From Collinsella sp. (GTDB lineage Bacteria > Actinomycetota > Coriobacteriia > Coriobacteriales > Coriobacteriaceae), in NCBI GenBank assembly GCA_048429085.1, contig DBFOPE010000211.1:1-57638 (forward strand): a stretch of DNA of 57,638 nucleotides, given 5' to 3'. A program made the translations under genes and the position numbers. This document shows, one piece after another, positions 39,344 through 48,593 of the stretch (its first letter is position 1; each line of letters begins with the position of its first letter). The notes under the pieces are model-generated. The model had not been told where the DNA came from. It made no database searches and worked only from the letters and a program-made list of their open reading frames with translations.

Positions 39344-39515
39344 GGCGGATCACCTCCTCGCGGTACAACTCGTACCGTTCGATGAACCTGTGCGGGTTCT
39401 CCGCGATGGCGTCGAGAACATCGGTGAGCGTCATCTCGCCCAGGGGGCGCTCGCCGTCCGTGAGTTCGCTATCCGGCACGTCGATGATGTGGCGCTCGAT
39501 TATCTCGAATCTCAT
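39327..39515 (-). CDS. Hypothetical phage protein
   Basis: 62 aa, coupled to neighbouring genes. Confidence 0.5.
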   Translation of the reverse strand: MRFEIIERHIIDVPDSELTDGERPLGEMTLTDVLDAIAENPHRFIERYELYREEVIRLGGKL

Positions 39516-39748
39516 TTTGCCTCCCGGCTCGTAAGCGCTTTGGGTTTCACGATGTCCCGCGGGTCTTCGCCCATCGCCTCCGCCAGATTGAGCAGCAGGT
39601 TCATCTTCACTTCCCTGCCGTCGCGGATGGCGTGGCTCAGGCTGCTGAGGTTCACACCGGCCTCACGCGCCAGCTGCTTGAGCGGCACGTGGTTGTCGAT
39701 TCTCCAGTGGGCGATCTTCTCGGCGTCCAAGACGTATTCGGTCGCCAT
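39512..39748 (-). CDS. XRE-type HTH protein
   Basis: LKQLAREAGVNLSSLS..LAEAMG. Confidence 0.75.
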   Translation of the reverse strand: MATEYVLDAEKIAHWRIDNHVPLKQLAREAGVNLSSLSHAIRDGREVKMNLLLNLAEAMGEDPRDIVKPKALTSREAK

Positions 39749-39752
39749 CGCG

Positions 39753-39929
39753 TCACGCCCTCTCGAATCGGTTTTGGTCGAGCCACCAGCTCGGGCACTG
39801 CTCGAGGCCCTTCCACACGCGGTAGTGCATCCAGTCCTTCTGGCGGTCGGCGTTGGCGCACCCGTTGAAGCGGTAGTACAGGCATGTCGTGCAGTCCTCG
39901 GGCACGTCCTTCTTCTCGATTACGAGCAT
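39753..39929 (-). CDS. Small Cys-containing hypothetical protein (58 aa)
   Basis: Own translation MLVIEKKDVPEDCTTCLYYRFNGC...; fills the gap between ORFs. Confidence 0.5.
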   Translation of the reverse strand: MLVIEKKDVPEDCTTCLYYRFNGCANADRQKDWMHYRVWKGLEQCPSWWLDQNRFERA

Positions 39930-40552
39930 CGCGTTACCACCTTTTCACCGCACGCGGAGCGCCCAGAACCGTTCTTGCGTGAAGGAAGGGCGTCCTCGTC
40001 GTAGACGTTCCGGCAGAACCCGATTTCGGCTCCCGTTTTCTCGCGTGCGTCGGCGAGCGTCTGCGCGACAAGGCCGATGCGCTCAATCGCCTGGTCCGGC
40101 GTGTGGCCGTCCCACTCGGGGGCTCGTTCTAGCTCACGGCACCGGAACATATCCCAGTACTTATCGACGTCGTAGTGGTACGTCGCCTGCCCCCAGTTCG
40201 TCTCAATTCCGACGATGAACATGCCGTCGTACATGGTTCCGTCGCTGTGCCGCTTGGACTTCCACGACGCACTCGGGAAACACGCCACGATGAGCGAGAA
40301 AAGGACCGCCCTGTGGTGGTAGAGCTCGTCGAACGTATGGAATCCGTCCGATGTGTCCCCGGTGACGGGCTTCGGCTCGATGAGCTCCGCGAGCCTGTGC
40401 ATGACGCCGCGCCTGGTCGCCTCCTTTGCGCGGGTCAGCCTCGCCAGCATGGCGCAGAAGCTGTTTCCCTTCCAGGCGATCCCGTTCGCCGCGTCTCGCA
40501 GACGCCGCGCGGCGTTGCGCCGCTCGTTGTTGCTTACTTTCGCGTAGCTCAT
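39920..40552 (-). CDS. WDGH-domain phage protein
   Basis: SDGFHTFDELYHHR..WKSKRHSDG..APEWDGHT. Confidence 0.7.
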   Translation of the reverse strand: MSYAKVSNNERRNAARRLRDAANGIAWKGNSFCAMLARLTRAKEATRRGVMHRLAELIEPKPVTGDTSDGFHTFDELYHHRAVLFSLIVACFPSASWKSKRHSDGTMYDGMFIVGIETNWGQATYHYDVDKYWDMFRCRELERAPEWDGHTPDQAIERIGLVAQTLADAREKTGAEIGFCRNVYDEDALPSRKNGSGRSACGEKVVTRCS

Positions 40553-40956
40553 CGGCTCTCACTCCTTAGCTTGCGGATGCGGTCGAGGATGTCAGCAAAA
40601 GATTCGTTCACGCGGGCGCAGCAGCCTTCGCCTCTCAAGAACCGGCATTTGCTGCACAAGAATTCTTCGCCATTCGCGTATTTGCACATTGGGTAGCTCT
40701 CCGCGTCCGCACCTCTGCGCAAGTCATCTTCCAGCTTCTCCCAGCTGTCGGGCGGCTCGGGTGGGTTTAGGAACATCGCTGAGGCGAACCTTTCGAATCC
40801 GCCCACAAGCACGACACTCCAGCCGCTGGAGTAACTTCGCGGCGTATATGCGAAGATCGAGACTTCCTTCGGATTGCCTTCCTTGTCGTACAGCAATTTG
40901 GTGTCCAGCGGAATCTCGCGCCCCTCGGCATCTTTTGGTAACTCGATATTCGCCAT
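40549..40956 (-). CDS. Hypothetical phage protein
   Basis: MANIELPKDAEGREIP..PDSWEKL, Cys cluster. Confidence 0.6.
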   Translation of the reverse strand: MANIELPKDAEGREIPLDTKLLYDKEGNPKEVSIFAYTPRSYSSGWSVVLVGGFERFASAMFLNPPEPPDSWEKLEDDLRRGADAESYPMCKYANGEEFLCSKCRFLRGEGCCARVNESFADILDRIRKLRSESR

Positions 40957-40961
40957 TGCTA

Positions 40962-41171
40962 TCACCTATCTAGCCCCAGCAGTACAAAGGACATGTCGCG
41001 GCAGATGAGGATGCTGCCGGGCTTCCTCACGGTCACTAGCTCCCCGTCCTTGCACATCCTGTAGACGGTCCTCAGGCTCACGTTGAAAGCCTCGGCCCAT
41101 TCGTTGGGCGTTGCATACTCGGGGATCGTGAATGGGGTCACGCCCTTGGGCATTTCGATAATTGCCATCAT
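40962..41171 (-). CDS. Excisionase-like (HTH_17) DNA-binding protein
   Basis: TPNEWAEAFNVSLRTVYRMCKDGEL. Confidence 0.7.
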   Translation of the reverse strand: MMAIIEMPKGVTPFTIPEYATPNEWAEAFNVSLRTVYRMCKDGELVTVRKPGSILICRDMSFVLLGLDR

Positions 41172-41434
41172 CCCTCCCTCGATATGCTAAAGGCGACGTA
41201 CTTCTGCGCGAGGCCCTCGAAGTTGTTGAGCACGTAGTCGATCCTGTAGACAATCCCGTTGAGCGGGTGCGCCGCCTCGGCTCCTGCGTAGCTGCCTTTG
41301 TCGATGAGGACCTTGAACACGATTTCGTCGCCGACCATAAAGTTGCGGTCGTTCTTCCTCACCTCGAACGACTTCTTGCCGTTCAGGATGGCATTGGCGT
41401 ACTTAAAATCGACCTTCAGCACGTGTCTCGTCAT
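41168..41434 (-). CDS. ASCH/DUF3850-like protein
   Basis: HVLK..AILNGKKSFEVRKNDRNFMVGD. Confidence 0.8.
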   Translation of the reverse strand: MTRHVLKVDFKYANAILNGKKSFEVRKNDRNFMVGDEIVFKVLIDKGSYAGAEAAHPLNGIVYRIDYVLNNFEGLAQKYVAFSISREG

Positions 41435-41667
41435 TCCGCCGCCTCCCAGTAGTCGCAGTGGTCGTTGTCGCCGGTGATGAAGTGCTTGCCGTCATGCGTG
41501 CAGTAGCAGCACGTGCCCTCGGTCGGCCCAGCGAGTTCGCTGCCGTCCTTGGCGATGCGCTCGACCTCGACGACCTCGTGCTCGTGGTGGGCGCAGTTCC
41601 CGCACCGGTGCGCGGGAGGCGTCCAGTCCTCGTGGATGTCCGGGTTAAACACGTATTTGTCGGTCAT
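41431..41667 (-). CDS. Cys/His-rich hypothetical protein
   Basis: CGNCAHH..CCYC..CDYW; start MTDKY. Confidence 0.55.
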   Translation of the reverse strand: MTDKYVFNPDIHEDWTPPAHRCGNCAHHEHEVVEVERIAKDGSELAGPTEGTCCYCTHDGKHFITGDNDHCDYWEAAE

Positions 41668-41867
41668 TCCTGCTCCTCGTCCGCCCATTTCCATCGGTAC
41701 CCGCCAGCCCTGCACCCGGTTCGTATGGATCTTCTGATGTTCGATTCGAAGCCAAACGAGCCGTAGGCCGACAGGCTGGCCTCACCGATGCCGTCGAACC
41801 TCGTGCCGTCTTCGCGGATGACCGGGCGCTTGGGATGCCCCTTTCCTTGTTTTCGTGGCTTATTCAT
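41664..41867 (-). CDS. NUMOD1-like DNA-binding protein
   Basis: FDGIGEAS..SNIRR..AGGYRWKW. Confidence 0.55.
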   Translation of the reverse strand: MNKPRKQGKGHPKRPVIREDGTRFDGIGEASLSAYGSFGFESNIRRSIRTGCRAGGYRWKWADEEQE

Positions 41868-42178
41868 CGGCACCTCCCGATGCTCTTCAGGTACAGGTTG
41901 TTGCGGCGCGAGCGGGCGAGTGCGCGACGGCGGCGGCGCTGCCACTTCGGGTCGAGCGCCTTCGCGAGCTTCCTCATGAGACGGCGGGCGTCTCTGAACA
42001 CGCGTGTGATGCTCTCCCACAGCATCTCGGCGACGGCCTTCGCGGCCTCTCCGATTGCCTCCAGCAACCGCGTCGCCGCCCAGCTAAGCGTCCCGGGGTA
42101 TGGCGTCTCGGACGTCTCGCCAGTCTTCTTCTCGTCGGTCATCGGTATTCCTTCCATTCGGTTCCTATTCGCATTCAT
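41864..42178 (-). CDS. Hypothetical basic protein
   Basis: ORF coupled to neighbours; Arg-rich C-terminus; start uncertain. Confidence 0.5.
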   Translation of the reverse strand: MNANRNRMEGIPMTDEKKTGETSETPYPGTLSWAATRLLEAIGEAAKAVAEMLWESITRVFRDARRLMRKLAKALDPKWQRRRRRALARSRRNNLYLKSIGRCR

Positions 42179-42563
42179 AGACGTCGCAGGCCATCGCCTC
42201 CGCGAGCGCGCGCATGTCGGTCACCTCGGCGCACTCCGCGCCGAAGAACATGCCCAGCTCGCCCCTCTTGTGCCTGTCGCACCGGTAGGCGCGGCAGATC
42301 TCGGGCCGCGCGGCGTAGACCGCGCACTCGCGCCCGTCCGTGAGGTAGGGGCACAACAGGTCGTACTCCGCCCTGGGCTCGACGGGCTCGATTCCGTTCC
42401 GGCGCACGTACGCCTCGAGGCGCACCCGGTCGAACGGGCTCACGGGCAGGAACCGCGAGCAGCACTCGCCGCAGCCCCTGCAGTCGCCCGTGTACAGGTC
42501 GGTCACGTCATCGCTCAGGAGCCCGGCGTGGATGGCCGCGGCGACGGCCTTCTCGTCATTCAT
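42165..42563 (-). CDS. YkgJ-family CxxCxxCC Zn/Fe-chelating protein
   Basis: CRGCGECC..CPYL..CAVYAARPEICRAY. Confidence 0.8.
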   Translation of the reverse strand: MNDEKAVAAAIHAGLLSDDVTDLYTGDCRGCGECCSRFLPVSPFDRVRLEAYVRRNGIEPVEPRAEYDLLCPYLTDGRECAVYAARPEICRAYRCDRHKRGELGMFFGAECAEVTDMRALAEAMACDVYECE

Positions 42564-43011
42564 CTGCCTGACCTGCCGCTCCTGTCGGGCGCGGCGGCCT
42601 CTCCTTGGCACACTCGGCCACCTTCTCGTCGTAGATCTTCTTGAGGTCCCGGCGCATGAACCGGGTGAACTCCTCCTCGCCGATGCCGTCCGACAGCACC
42701 ACATATCGCATCGCATCGTGGCACCATTCGTCGAAGCCGATCAGCTTTCCGCTGAACGCGCTCCTGACGTCAGTGATCTCGGCGTAGGTGAAGCGGGTCA
42801 GCATCTCCTTGCGCATGACCCTGTCCGCGAGAGCCTCGATGGGTGTCTTGTCGCGGTTGATGATCCGTCTGTAGCCGTTCGCCCTCTTTGTCATGGCGTC
42901 GAGCTGCTTGGCCAGCTTGTCGTTCTCGGCCACGAGGCGCTCGTTGCGGCGCTGCTCGCAGTCAAGCTCGGCGAGCACGTACTGCTCGCAGTTGGTGATC
43001 TCCATCGTCAT
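42556..43011 (-). CDS. Hypothetical coiled-coil protein
   Basis: Start MTMEITNCEQY after GAGGTG. Confidence 0.55.
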   Translation of the reverse strand: MTMEITNCEQYVLAELDCEQRRNERLVAENDKLAKQLDAMTKRANGYRRIINRDKTPIEALADRVMRKEMLTRFTYAEITDVRSAFSGKLIGFDEWCHDAMRYVVLSDGIGEEEFTRFMRRDLKKIYDEKVAECAKERPPRPTGAAGQADE

Positions 43012-43460
43012 TTCACCTCTCGGATGATCTCGTTTCCGTATCGGGCGGTGATGGCCCAGTAGCCGAACATGTAGAGGTCGGGGCTGTGCGGCGGGTACTC
43101 CCTGAGCAGCGTGCCCGACCACCATGCCTCCTCGGCCGCCCCGGTGCGCCAGACCCACTCGGCCCTGAGCCCGCCGTCGTGGAACTTCCCGTGGCACCCG
43201 GTCGTGCCGGAGCCGCACAGGGCGAACAGCGGGCTGCGCAGCTCCCACACCCCGTTGGGCGTGACGAGCCTGAACGTCTTCCCCCACGACCTGCGGGCCA
43301 CGTGGTGGCAGTTGGAGGCGCGCCTGCCGCACACCGCGCACCTGGGCTGGGTCGGCTCGTAGGCCGCCCCGTGCGTGTACCTCGCCCCGAGGTGCGGCTT
43401 GCCGTACAGCTCGGCGCGCTCCTTCGGCCATCCCCTCAGCAGGCCCGCGTCGAGGATCAT
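43008..43460 (-). CDS. HNH-like protein
   Basis: CAVCG..HH..LCGSGTTGCHG. Confidence 0.65.
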   Translation of the reverse strand: MILDAGLLRGWPKERAELYGKPHLGARYTHGAAYEPTQPRCAVCGRRASNCHHVARRSWGKTFRLVTPNGVWELRSPLFALCGSGTTGCHGKFHDGGLRAEWVWRTGAAEEAWWSGTLLREYPPHSPDLYMFGYWAITARYGNEIIREVK

Positions 43461-44326
43461 GAGAGCCTCCTCTCGCACGCGGCGCGTGCGGCCAGCAGCC
43501 TCTGCGCGTCCTGGTACAGCCCGAACTCCGCCCTGCCCGCGGTCGTTCCCCGCGGGGCCTCGACCTTGGCCGGGTCGATGCCCGGGTGCTCGGACGCCCA
43601 CCGGCACTCCTGCTCGGCCAGCGCCTCCTCGGGCGTCCTAGTCGGCCTGAACGTCGCGGCCTCGACCTCCGAGGAGGTTGGCTTGCCGCGGCTCCGGGCC
43701 TCGGCGTCGAGCTCGCGCTGGCGGCGGTGCCACTGCCGGGCCTGCGGCTGCCAGTCCAAGATCGGCATGCCGTTGGACTTGCGCCAGCCCTGCGACGCGT
43801 AGAAGTCGAAGAACGCCTGCGGGTCGCCGTTCAGGCAGTTGGCCCCGAAGTACGCGGCGACCTCCTCGGCGGTCGGCGGCTCGAAGCCCTCGGGCGCTGC
43901 GCACGCGTCCGCACTGCCCTGCACTGGGATGGCCTGGCTTGGTATGGACTGGTATGGATTGGTATATAAGGAGGGGTTTTCAGGTTCCGAAACCCCCGTT
44001 TCGGTAGTTTCCGAAACCCCGAAACCCCCGTTTCCGTTTTCCGAAACCCCCGTTTCCGAGGTTTCCATATCATCCGAAACCCCCGTTTCGGCCTTGGAGT
44101 CCTTGCGCGGCCTGCCGCCCTTGTTCTTGTTGCGGGCGGCGAGGCTGTTGTCGATGTCCTCGCGGAGGCTCTCGAACACGGCGCTGAGCGCCCAGTCGGC
44201 GAACTCCGGCTCGATGCCGTTGGTGCCGTACTGGATGATGGCCCAGCACAGCTCCCCGCGCGGCCCCTCCGGCACGCGCTCGAGGGCGGCGGTGAGCTTC
44301 GGGAACCACGTGAACTTGCTCGCCAT
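43457..44326 (-). CDS. Phage replication initiator (DUF6291-like N-terminus) containing iterons
   Basis: RGELCWAIIQYG, GGRP, internal DNA repeats, C-terminal PPTAEEV..FFDFYASQGW. Confidence 0.75.
   Translation of the reverse strand: MASKFTWFPKLTAALERVPEGPRGELCWAIIQYGTNGIEPEFADWALSAVFESLREDIDNSLAARNKNKGGRPRKDSKAETGVSDDMETSETGVSENGNGGFGVSETTETGVSEPENPSLYTNPYQSIPSQAIPVQGSADACAAPEGFEPPTAEEVAAYFGANCLNGDPQAFFDFYASQGWRKSNGMPILDWQPQARQWHRRQRELDAEARSRGKPTSSEVEAATFRPTRTPEEALAEQECRWASEHPGIDPAKVEAPRGTTAGRAEFGLYQDAQRLLAARAACERRLS
43940..44089. repeat. Putative phage replication origin (iterons)
   Basis: Four exact CCGAAACCCCCGTTTC copies (43987, 44019, 44041, 44074) plus a partial; adjacent TGGTAT repeated three times at 10-bp period. 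Confidence 0.75.
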
Positions 44327-44436
44327 CAGAACCACCCCCAGAGAAGCGAAGAGAAGAACAGGAAACCCGCGGTGAAGGAGGCGGCGAACAGGGCCGCCTC
44401 CCAGTGGTAGCGGATGATGTCGGGTACGCGCCACAT
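44326..44436 (-). CDS. Small membrane peptide (36 aa)
   Basis: MWRVPDIIRYHWEAALFAASFTAGFLFFSSLLWGWF; start and stop coupled on both sides. Confidence 0.5.
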   Translation of the reverse strand: MWRVPDIIRYHWEAALFAASFTAGFLFFSSLLWGWF

Positions 44437-44975
44437 CAGAACGGGGTGTCCTCGTCGTACACGTCCAGCTGCTGCTGGGCGGGTGCCGGCTGCGGCGCTG
44501 CCTGCTGGGGCCGCTGCGGAGCCGCCTGCGGTGCCTGCTGGTAGGCCTGCTGGGCGTTCCATTGCGGCGCGGGCTGCTGGGGCGCGCACTGCTGCCGGTA
44601 TCCCTGCGGCGCGTACTGCTGCGGGGCCTGCTGGCCGTTGGGGTTCTGGCTCATGAGGACGACCTCGTCGGGGATGATCTCGACCTTCGAGCGCCTGCCG
44701 CCCCCGTTCTTGTCCTCCCAGGAGCTGTAGCGCAGCTTCCCCTCGATTGCGACCTTCATACCCTTGCGCAGGATGCGCGAGAGTGCCTCGGCACGGTTGC
44801 CGAACATGGTGCAGTCGATGAAGTTGGGGTAGTCCTCCCACTCCCCCGTCTGCTGGTTGCGGCGGCGGTCGTTGACCGCGATGCCGAAGCCCAGCACCTG
44901 CGTGCCGCCCGGCGTGGCGCGCAGCTCGGGGTCGCGAGTCAGATTGCCGGACACGACCACTCTGTTGATGCTCAT
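44436..44975 (-). CDS. ssb: Single-stranded DNA-binding protein
   Basis: MSINRVVVSGNLTRDPELR, Gln/Pro linker, DEDTPF tip. Confidence 0.95.
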   Translation of the reverse strand: MSINRVVVSGNLTRDPELRATPGGTQVLGFGIAVNDRRRNQQTGEWEDYPNFIDCTMFGNRAEALSRILRKGMKVAIEGKLRYSSWEDKNGGGRRSKVEIIPDEVVLMSQNPNGQQAPQQYAPQGYRQQCAPQQPAPQWNAQQAYQQAPQAAPQRPQQAAPQPAPAQQQLDVYDEDTPF

Positions 44976-45319
44976 CTGTATGTCTCCTCTCCGCCGCTCG
45001 TCCATGTCCTCTGGATGTCGGCGTCCACTGTCTTGATGCGTAACTTGAGGGCCATGATCGCCTCGGAGGATGCCTTGTAGAGGGCTTCGGCGCAGTCGCG
45101 CAGCTGCTTCTTCTCGGCTATCTCCTCGCGCCCCCGGCACAGGTCGCCGATGATGGTCACCGGCGTGCCCTTGGAGCGCTCCTCGAGGATGGCGATGCGC
45201 AGCGCCATGCGGTAGTCCGCCTCGTTCTCGGCGTACTGCTGGCCCGTCCGCCTGAGCGTGTCCAGCTCCGCCATGAGTCGCCCGAACAGCTCCTCGCGCT
45301 GCGCGTACATGTCCTGCAT
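44972..45319 (-). CDS. Hypothetical helical phage protein
   Basis: 115 aa between erf and ssb. Confidence 0.6.
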   Translation of the reverse strand: MQDMYAQREELFGRLMAELDTLRRTGQQYAENEADYRMALRIAILEERSKGTPVTIIGDLCRGREEIAEKKQLRDCAEALYKASSEAIMALKLRIKTVDADIQRTWTSGGEETYR

Positions 45320-45322
45320 GGC

Positions 45323-45880
45323 CTACAGGACGCGCCACGTCGGCGTGGCGCAGCAGCCGGGGTGCTTTTTGAACTCCTCGTACTGCTCTTTCGACTCGAA
45401 GGCGTAGGCCGTGCCGCAGGCCTTGCACTTCGCCGTGAACCCGCCGCTCTCGGGCGGCTCCTTCTCGGGCCTGTCCGAGAGCGCGTCCGGGTCGCTCTGC
45501 CCGTCGATGGCGAACAGGCCGCACAGCGCGTACTTGCGCGCGTAGCTCGACGCCATCCCGGTCACCTGCGCGTCGTCGGAGCCGCTCTTGTGCTCCGCCT
45601 CGCGGGCGTAGGCCTTGAACTCCTTCTTCTCGCCGTGCCCGTCCACAAAGAACAGGGTGCACGTGGCCTCGACGTAGTAACGCTCGCCCACCTTGCAGAT
45701 GTTGTCGTGGAGCGTGAACGCCACGCCGGCCTCCTTGCATGGCTCCTTGAGCGCGGCGACGATGTCCTCGAATGAGCGGTAGTTGAACTTCGCGAAGGCG
45801 TTGTAGCGCGCCTTGGGGACGGTCACGGAGCGCTGCACCTTGGCTATCGCCTGGGAGAGCGTCATTTTCTCGTCGTCCAT
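45323..45880 (-). CDS. ERF-family single-strand annealing recombinase
   Basis: FNYRSFEDI, QVTGMASSYARKYALCGLFAID..DPD. Confidence 0.88.
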   Translation of the reverse strand: MDDEKMTLSQAIAKVQRSVTVPKARYNAFAKFNYRSFEDIVAALKEPCKEAGVAFTLHDNICKVGERYYVEATCTLFFVDGHGEKKEFKAYAREAEHKSGSDDAQVTGMASSYARKYALCGLFAIDGQSDPDALSDRPEKEPPESGGFTAKCKACGTAYAFESKEQYEEFKKHPGCCATPTWRVL

Positions 45881-46774
45881 CTAGCACACCCCCTTGCACT
45901 TGATGGTGCCGGTGATGCCGCGCTCGCGCAGCGCCGCGGCGAGCAGCTCCATCTGCGAGCGGGTCGCGGACGGGATCTCGACCGTCCACGCGCAGGACAG
46001 CTCGGGACGCGCCGCGGCGGCGGGTTCCGCCTGGCGCCTCGATGCGGGGCGCGGCGCCGGCTCGGACTCGACCGCCTCTCGCATGGCTGCGATGCGGGCG
46101 TCCTCCTCGTCGGCGGCGCGGGCGGTGTTGAGCGCCGAGCCCAGGTCGAGCGTGCGGAACAGCTCGCGCTCGGCGACCTCGTAGTGGGCCATGGAGTCGC
46201 GCTGGGCCTTGAGCGTGTCCCAGTCGCCCGCGAGCTTCGAGACCTTGGCCTCGAGCGCCTTCTTCGCCTTGACCTCGCCGAAGCTCTTGTTGAGCCACTG
46301 CTTCTCGTGGAGGCGCTCATACGGCACGACCGGCGCGAGGAGCTCCGCGAACGTCTCGTAGTGCTCCTTGAGCTTGGCCATTGCGCGGGACTTGCGGTCC
46401 TCCTCGGCCCGGTCGAGCTGCGCCTTGATGCCGTCCGATGCGCCGTCGATGATGGACGTGATCTCCTTGCAGCGCTTCTCGAAGGCGGCGAGCGGCTTGT
46501 TGTACTCGCGCTTCACGGCCTTTCGGCGCTCCTCTATCTCGTTCTTCAGGCCGTTGAGGTAGAGGCGGTCGTTCTTGGCCTCCTTGATGGACTCGTCCTT
46601 GGTAAGGTCGTACTTGGCGCCCTCGTAGTCCGCGACCTTCGCGCGGATGCCGTCCTCCATCGCGTCGAAGTTGGCGCTGATGACGGACGGCGAGTATGTG
46701 ACGACGAGGTCGGGCGCCCCCTGCTCCTCGATGACCTCGGCCACGACCTTCTCGGCCCCGTTCTCCCCAGCCAT
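45881..46774 (-). CDS. DUF1351-like protein
   Basis: NFD..AKNDRLYLN..RRKAVKREYNKPL..WLNKS. Confidence 0.75.
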   Translation of the reverse strand: MAGENGAEKVVAEVIEEQGAPDLVVTYSPSVISANFDAMEDGIRAKVADYEGAKYDLTKDESIKEAKNDRLYLNGLKNEIEERRKAVKREYNKPLAAFEKRCKEITSIIDGASDGIKAQLDRAEEDRKSRAMAKLKEHYETFAELLAPVVPYERLHEKQWLNKSFGEVKAKKALEAKVSKLAGDWDTLKAQRDSMAHYEVAERELFRTLDLGSALNTARAADEEDARIAAMREAVESEPAPRPASRRQAEPAAAARPELSCAWTVEIPSATRSQMELLAAALRERGITGTIKCKGVC

Positions 46775-46995
46775 TACCTGACCTCCTCGTTGAGCATCCG
46801 GTTGTACTTCCTCTCGGTTAGCGCCTCGTCGATGACGGCGGCGTGCTCGACGATCCACTTGGCGAGCCTCTCGCGCGCGTCTATGAACTTGTCGAACGCC
46901 TCGTCGGACTTCGTTATGACCGAGATGGTGAACATCGCCTGCTCCTCCGTGGCGAGCTCGGCCAGCTCGGCGAGCATCCCCTTGTAGTCGGCCAT
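46774..46995 (-). CDS. Hypothetical protein
   Basis: Start MADYKGML, coupled start/stop. Confidence 0.55.
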   Translation of the reverse strand: MADYKGMLAELAELATEEQAMFTISVITKSDEAFDKFIDARERLAKWIVEHAAVIDEALTERKYNRMLNEEVR

Positions 46996-47207
46996 CACTC
47001 GGTCACCTCCCCGTCGTGGCTCACGAACAGGATCTGGGGCTGCTTGCTCTGGATGGACAGCCACACCTCCTCGACGCTCTTGCGGATGGCGTCGAACGCC
47101 GCGCTGTCCTCAGTGTCGACCTCGAACTGCAGGACGGCGACGCCGCCCTTCACGGTGGCCTGCTTGAACTTGGCCTCGATCTCCACCGGTATGTTTGTGC
47201 TCTCCAT
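46995..47207 (-). CDS. Hypothetical protein
   Basis: Start MESTNIPV after GGAGG. Confidence 0.55.
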   Translation of the reverse strand: MESTNIPVEIEAKFKQATVKGGVAVLQFEVDTEDSAAFDAIRKSVEEVWLSIQSKQPQILFVSHDGEVTE

Positions 47208-47209
47208 TG

Positions 47210-47578
47210 CTATTCCTCCCTGCCTGCGCCCGCGAGCATCGCCGCGAACGTCTCCAATGTCATGGTCACGAACTGCTCGCCGGGGATGGCGGTCCCGCGG
47301 CGCTTCCAGACGACCACGCCGTAGTCGGCCCCGCGGTTCCTGCGCTCGGTCTCCGCCTCGCGCAGCCACTTGGGCAGCTCGTGCCTGCCCTGGTAGTCCT
47401 TGCACTCGATTGCGATGCCCCGACCGGCCATCGACACGCCGCGGATGTCGCCCGTGTCGTGCGAGCCGGTCTTGACCTGCCTGTCGATGTCGGCCCCCAG
47501 CCTCCCGGCGAGGTAGTCGGCGACCAGTCGCTCGAACCTCGTGCCCGCGTCCCTCGCGGTCCTCCTGCTCCTACTCAT
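47210..47578 (-). CDS. Holliday-junction-resolvase-like PD-(D/E)xK nuclease
   Basis: GTRFERLVADYL..DTGDI..IECK..WLREAETE. Confidence 0.75.
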   Translation of the reverse strand: MSRSRRTARDAGTRFERLVADYLAGRLGADIDRQVKTGSHDTGDIRGVSMAGRGIAIECKDYQGRHELPKWLREAETERRNRGADYGVVVWKRRGTAIPGEQFVTMTLETFAAMLAGAGREE

Positions 47579-47909
47579 CGACGAAGCCGTCCGATTTCGA
47601 GCGGTGCTTGTTGAATGCGTGCCTCAGGTGCGGGTAGCGCGCCTCCATGATGCGGGCGAGGCTCGGCGCGAGTCCGTTCTTCACGCCGACGTGCAGCTCG
47701 TTGCGCACCATGTGGATGAGGTAGTTGATCGAGACGTAGCCCTTGCGGTTGAGGCGAGTGGCCTGCTCGACCATGAAGCCCCACGCCCGCGGGTGCTCGC
47801 CTATCCAAGCGCGCGCGTCCGCCATGTCCTGCTCGCCGTCCGCGCCGAGGCCGAATATCTCGAGCTGGTTGCTCATCGGCTTCTGGCGGTATCTCTCGTC
47901 GTTACGCAT
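47571..47909 (-). CDS. Hypothetical phage protein
   Basis: 112 aa, coupled to neighbours. Confidence 0.6.
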   Translation of the reverse strand: MRNDERYRQKPMSNQLEIFGLGADGEQDMADARAWIGEHPRAWGFMVEQATRLNRKGYVSINYLIHMVRNELHVGVKNGLAPSLARIMEARYPHLRHAFNKHRSKSDGFVDE

Positions 47910-48183
47910 TGACGGCCCCCGCAGCGCATGCGGCCTTGGCGGCCTGGACCGCGCCGTCCATCGTCGGGAGGACGAAGACGGTCAGGACCGCCGCGAACAG
48001 GACCGCGGCGGCGATGAAGCCGACCATGGCCCCCGCCCTGAACGCATCGGAGTCGAGCTGCTCGCGGGCGGTCGGTCGGTATGACTTGGGTGCTATGATG
48101 GTCTGAGCCTCATGTCTGGGGCTGTTTCGGCGAGTGCTCACAAGTTGGTAGCTGGGGGCGCTCGCTTCTTTGTATGTGTACAT
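47902..48183 (-). CDS. Membrane protein
   Basis: One TM (AMVGFIAAAVLFAAVLTVFVLP); start MYTYKE uncertain. Confidence 0.5.
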   Translation of the reverse strand: MYTYKEASAPSYQLVSTRRNSPRHEAQTIIAPKSYRPTAREQLDSDAFRAGAMVGFIAAAVLFAAVLTVFVLPTMDGAVQAAKAACAAGAVNA

Positions 48184-48239
48184 CTTGTGTTCCCTTCTGA
48201 TGTTTACGCAGGTAGATGCAGGTGTGGCTTTTAGGGTGG

Positions 48240-48593
48240 CTATTTTGGGACTTTTTTGGCGCGGCTCTTGGCGCTGTAGCACCTCTGCCGCTCCCTGTCG
48301 TTCCGCTTTGCCCTCGCCGCCTCCTCGCGCATCGCGCTGGCCTGCTCCCTGAGGTCTGCCACGTGGCTCTCCTTAGTGCACTCCGCGCACCAGCCGTTTG
48401 CCCTGTTCAGCGGCTTGAACGTCGTGCGCCCGCACTTCGGGCACATCCAGCGCTGGCGGAGCGATATTCCGCATCTGCGCGCCTGCCACTTGACCGCGTC
48501 GGTGCTGCGGCCCAGCGCCTTGGCTATCTCCTTGGCTCCGTCGCCGGCGTGCTCCCTCAGGTACCGGATCTCACGTGTCGACCATGGCCTCAC
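48240..48593 (-). CDS. HTH plus zinc-finger protein
   Basis: WSTREIRYL..AKEIAKALGRS..CPKC..CAEC; GTG start after GGAGGGG. Confidence 0.65.
   Translation of the reverse strand: MRPWSTREIRYLREHAGDGAKEIAKALGRSTDAVKWQARRCGISLRQRWMCPKCGRTTFKPLNRANGWCAECTKESHVADLREQASAMREEAARAKRNDRERQRCYSAKSRAKKVPK

Noticed and set aside
43987..44089. CRISPR array
   Set aside because: Repeats are 16 bp with 6-17 bp gaps inside a coding gene and no cas genes are present; they fit iterons
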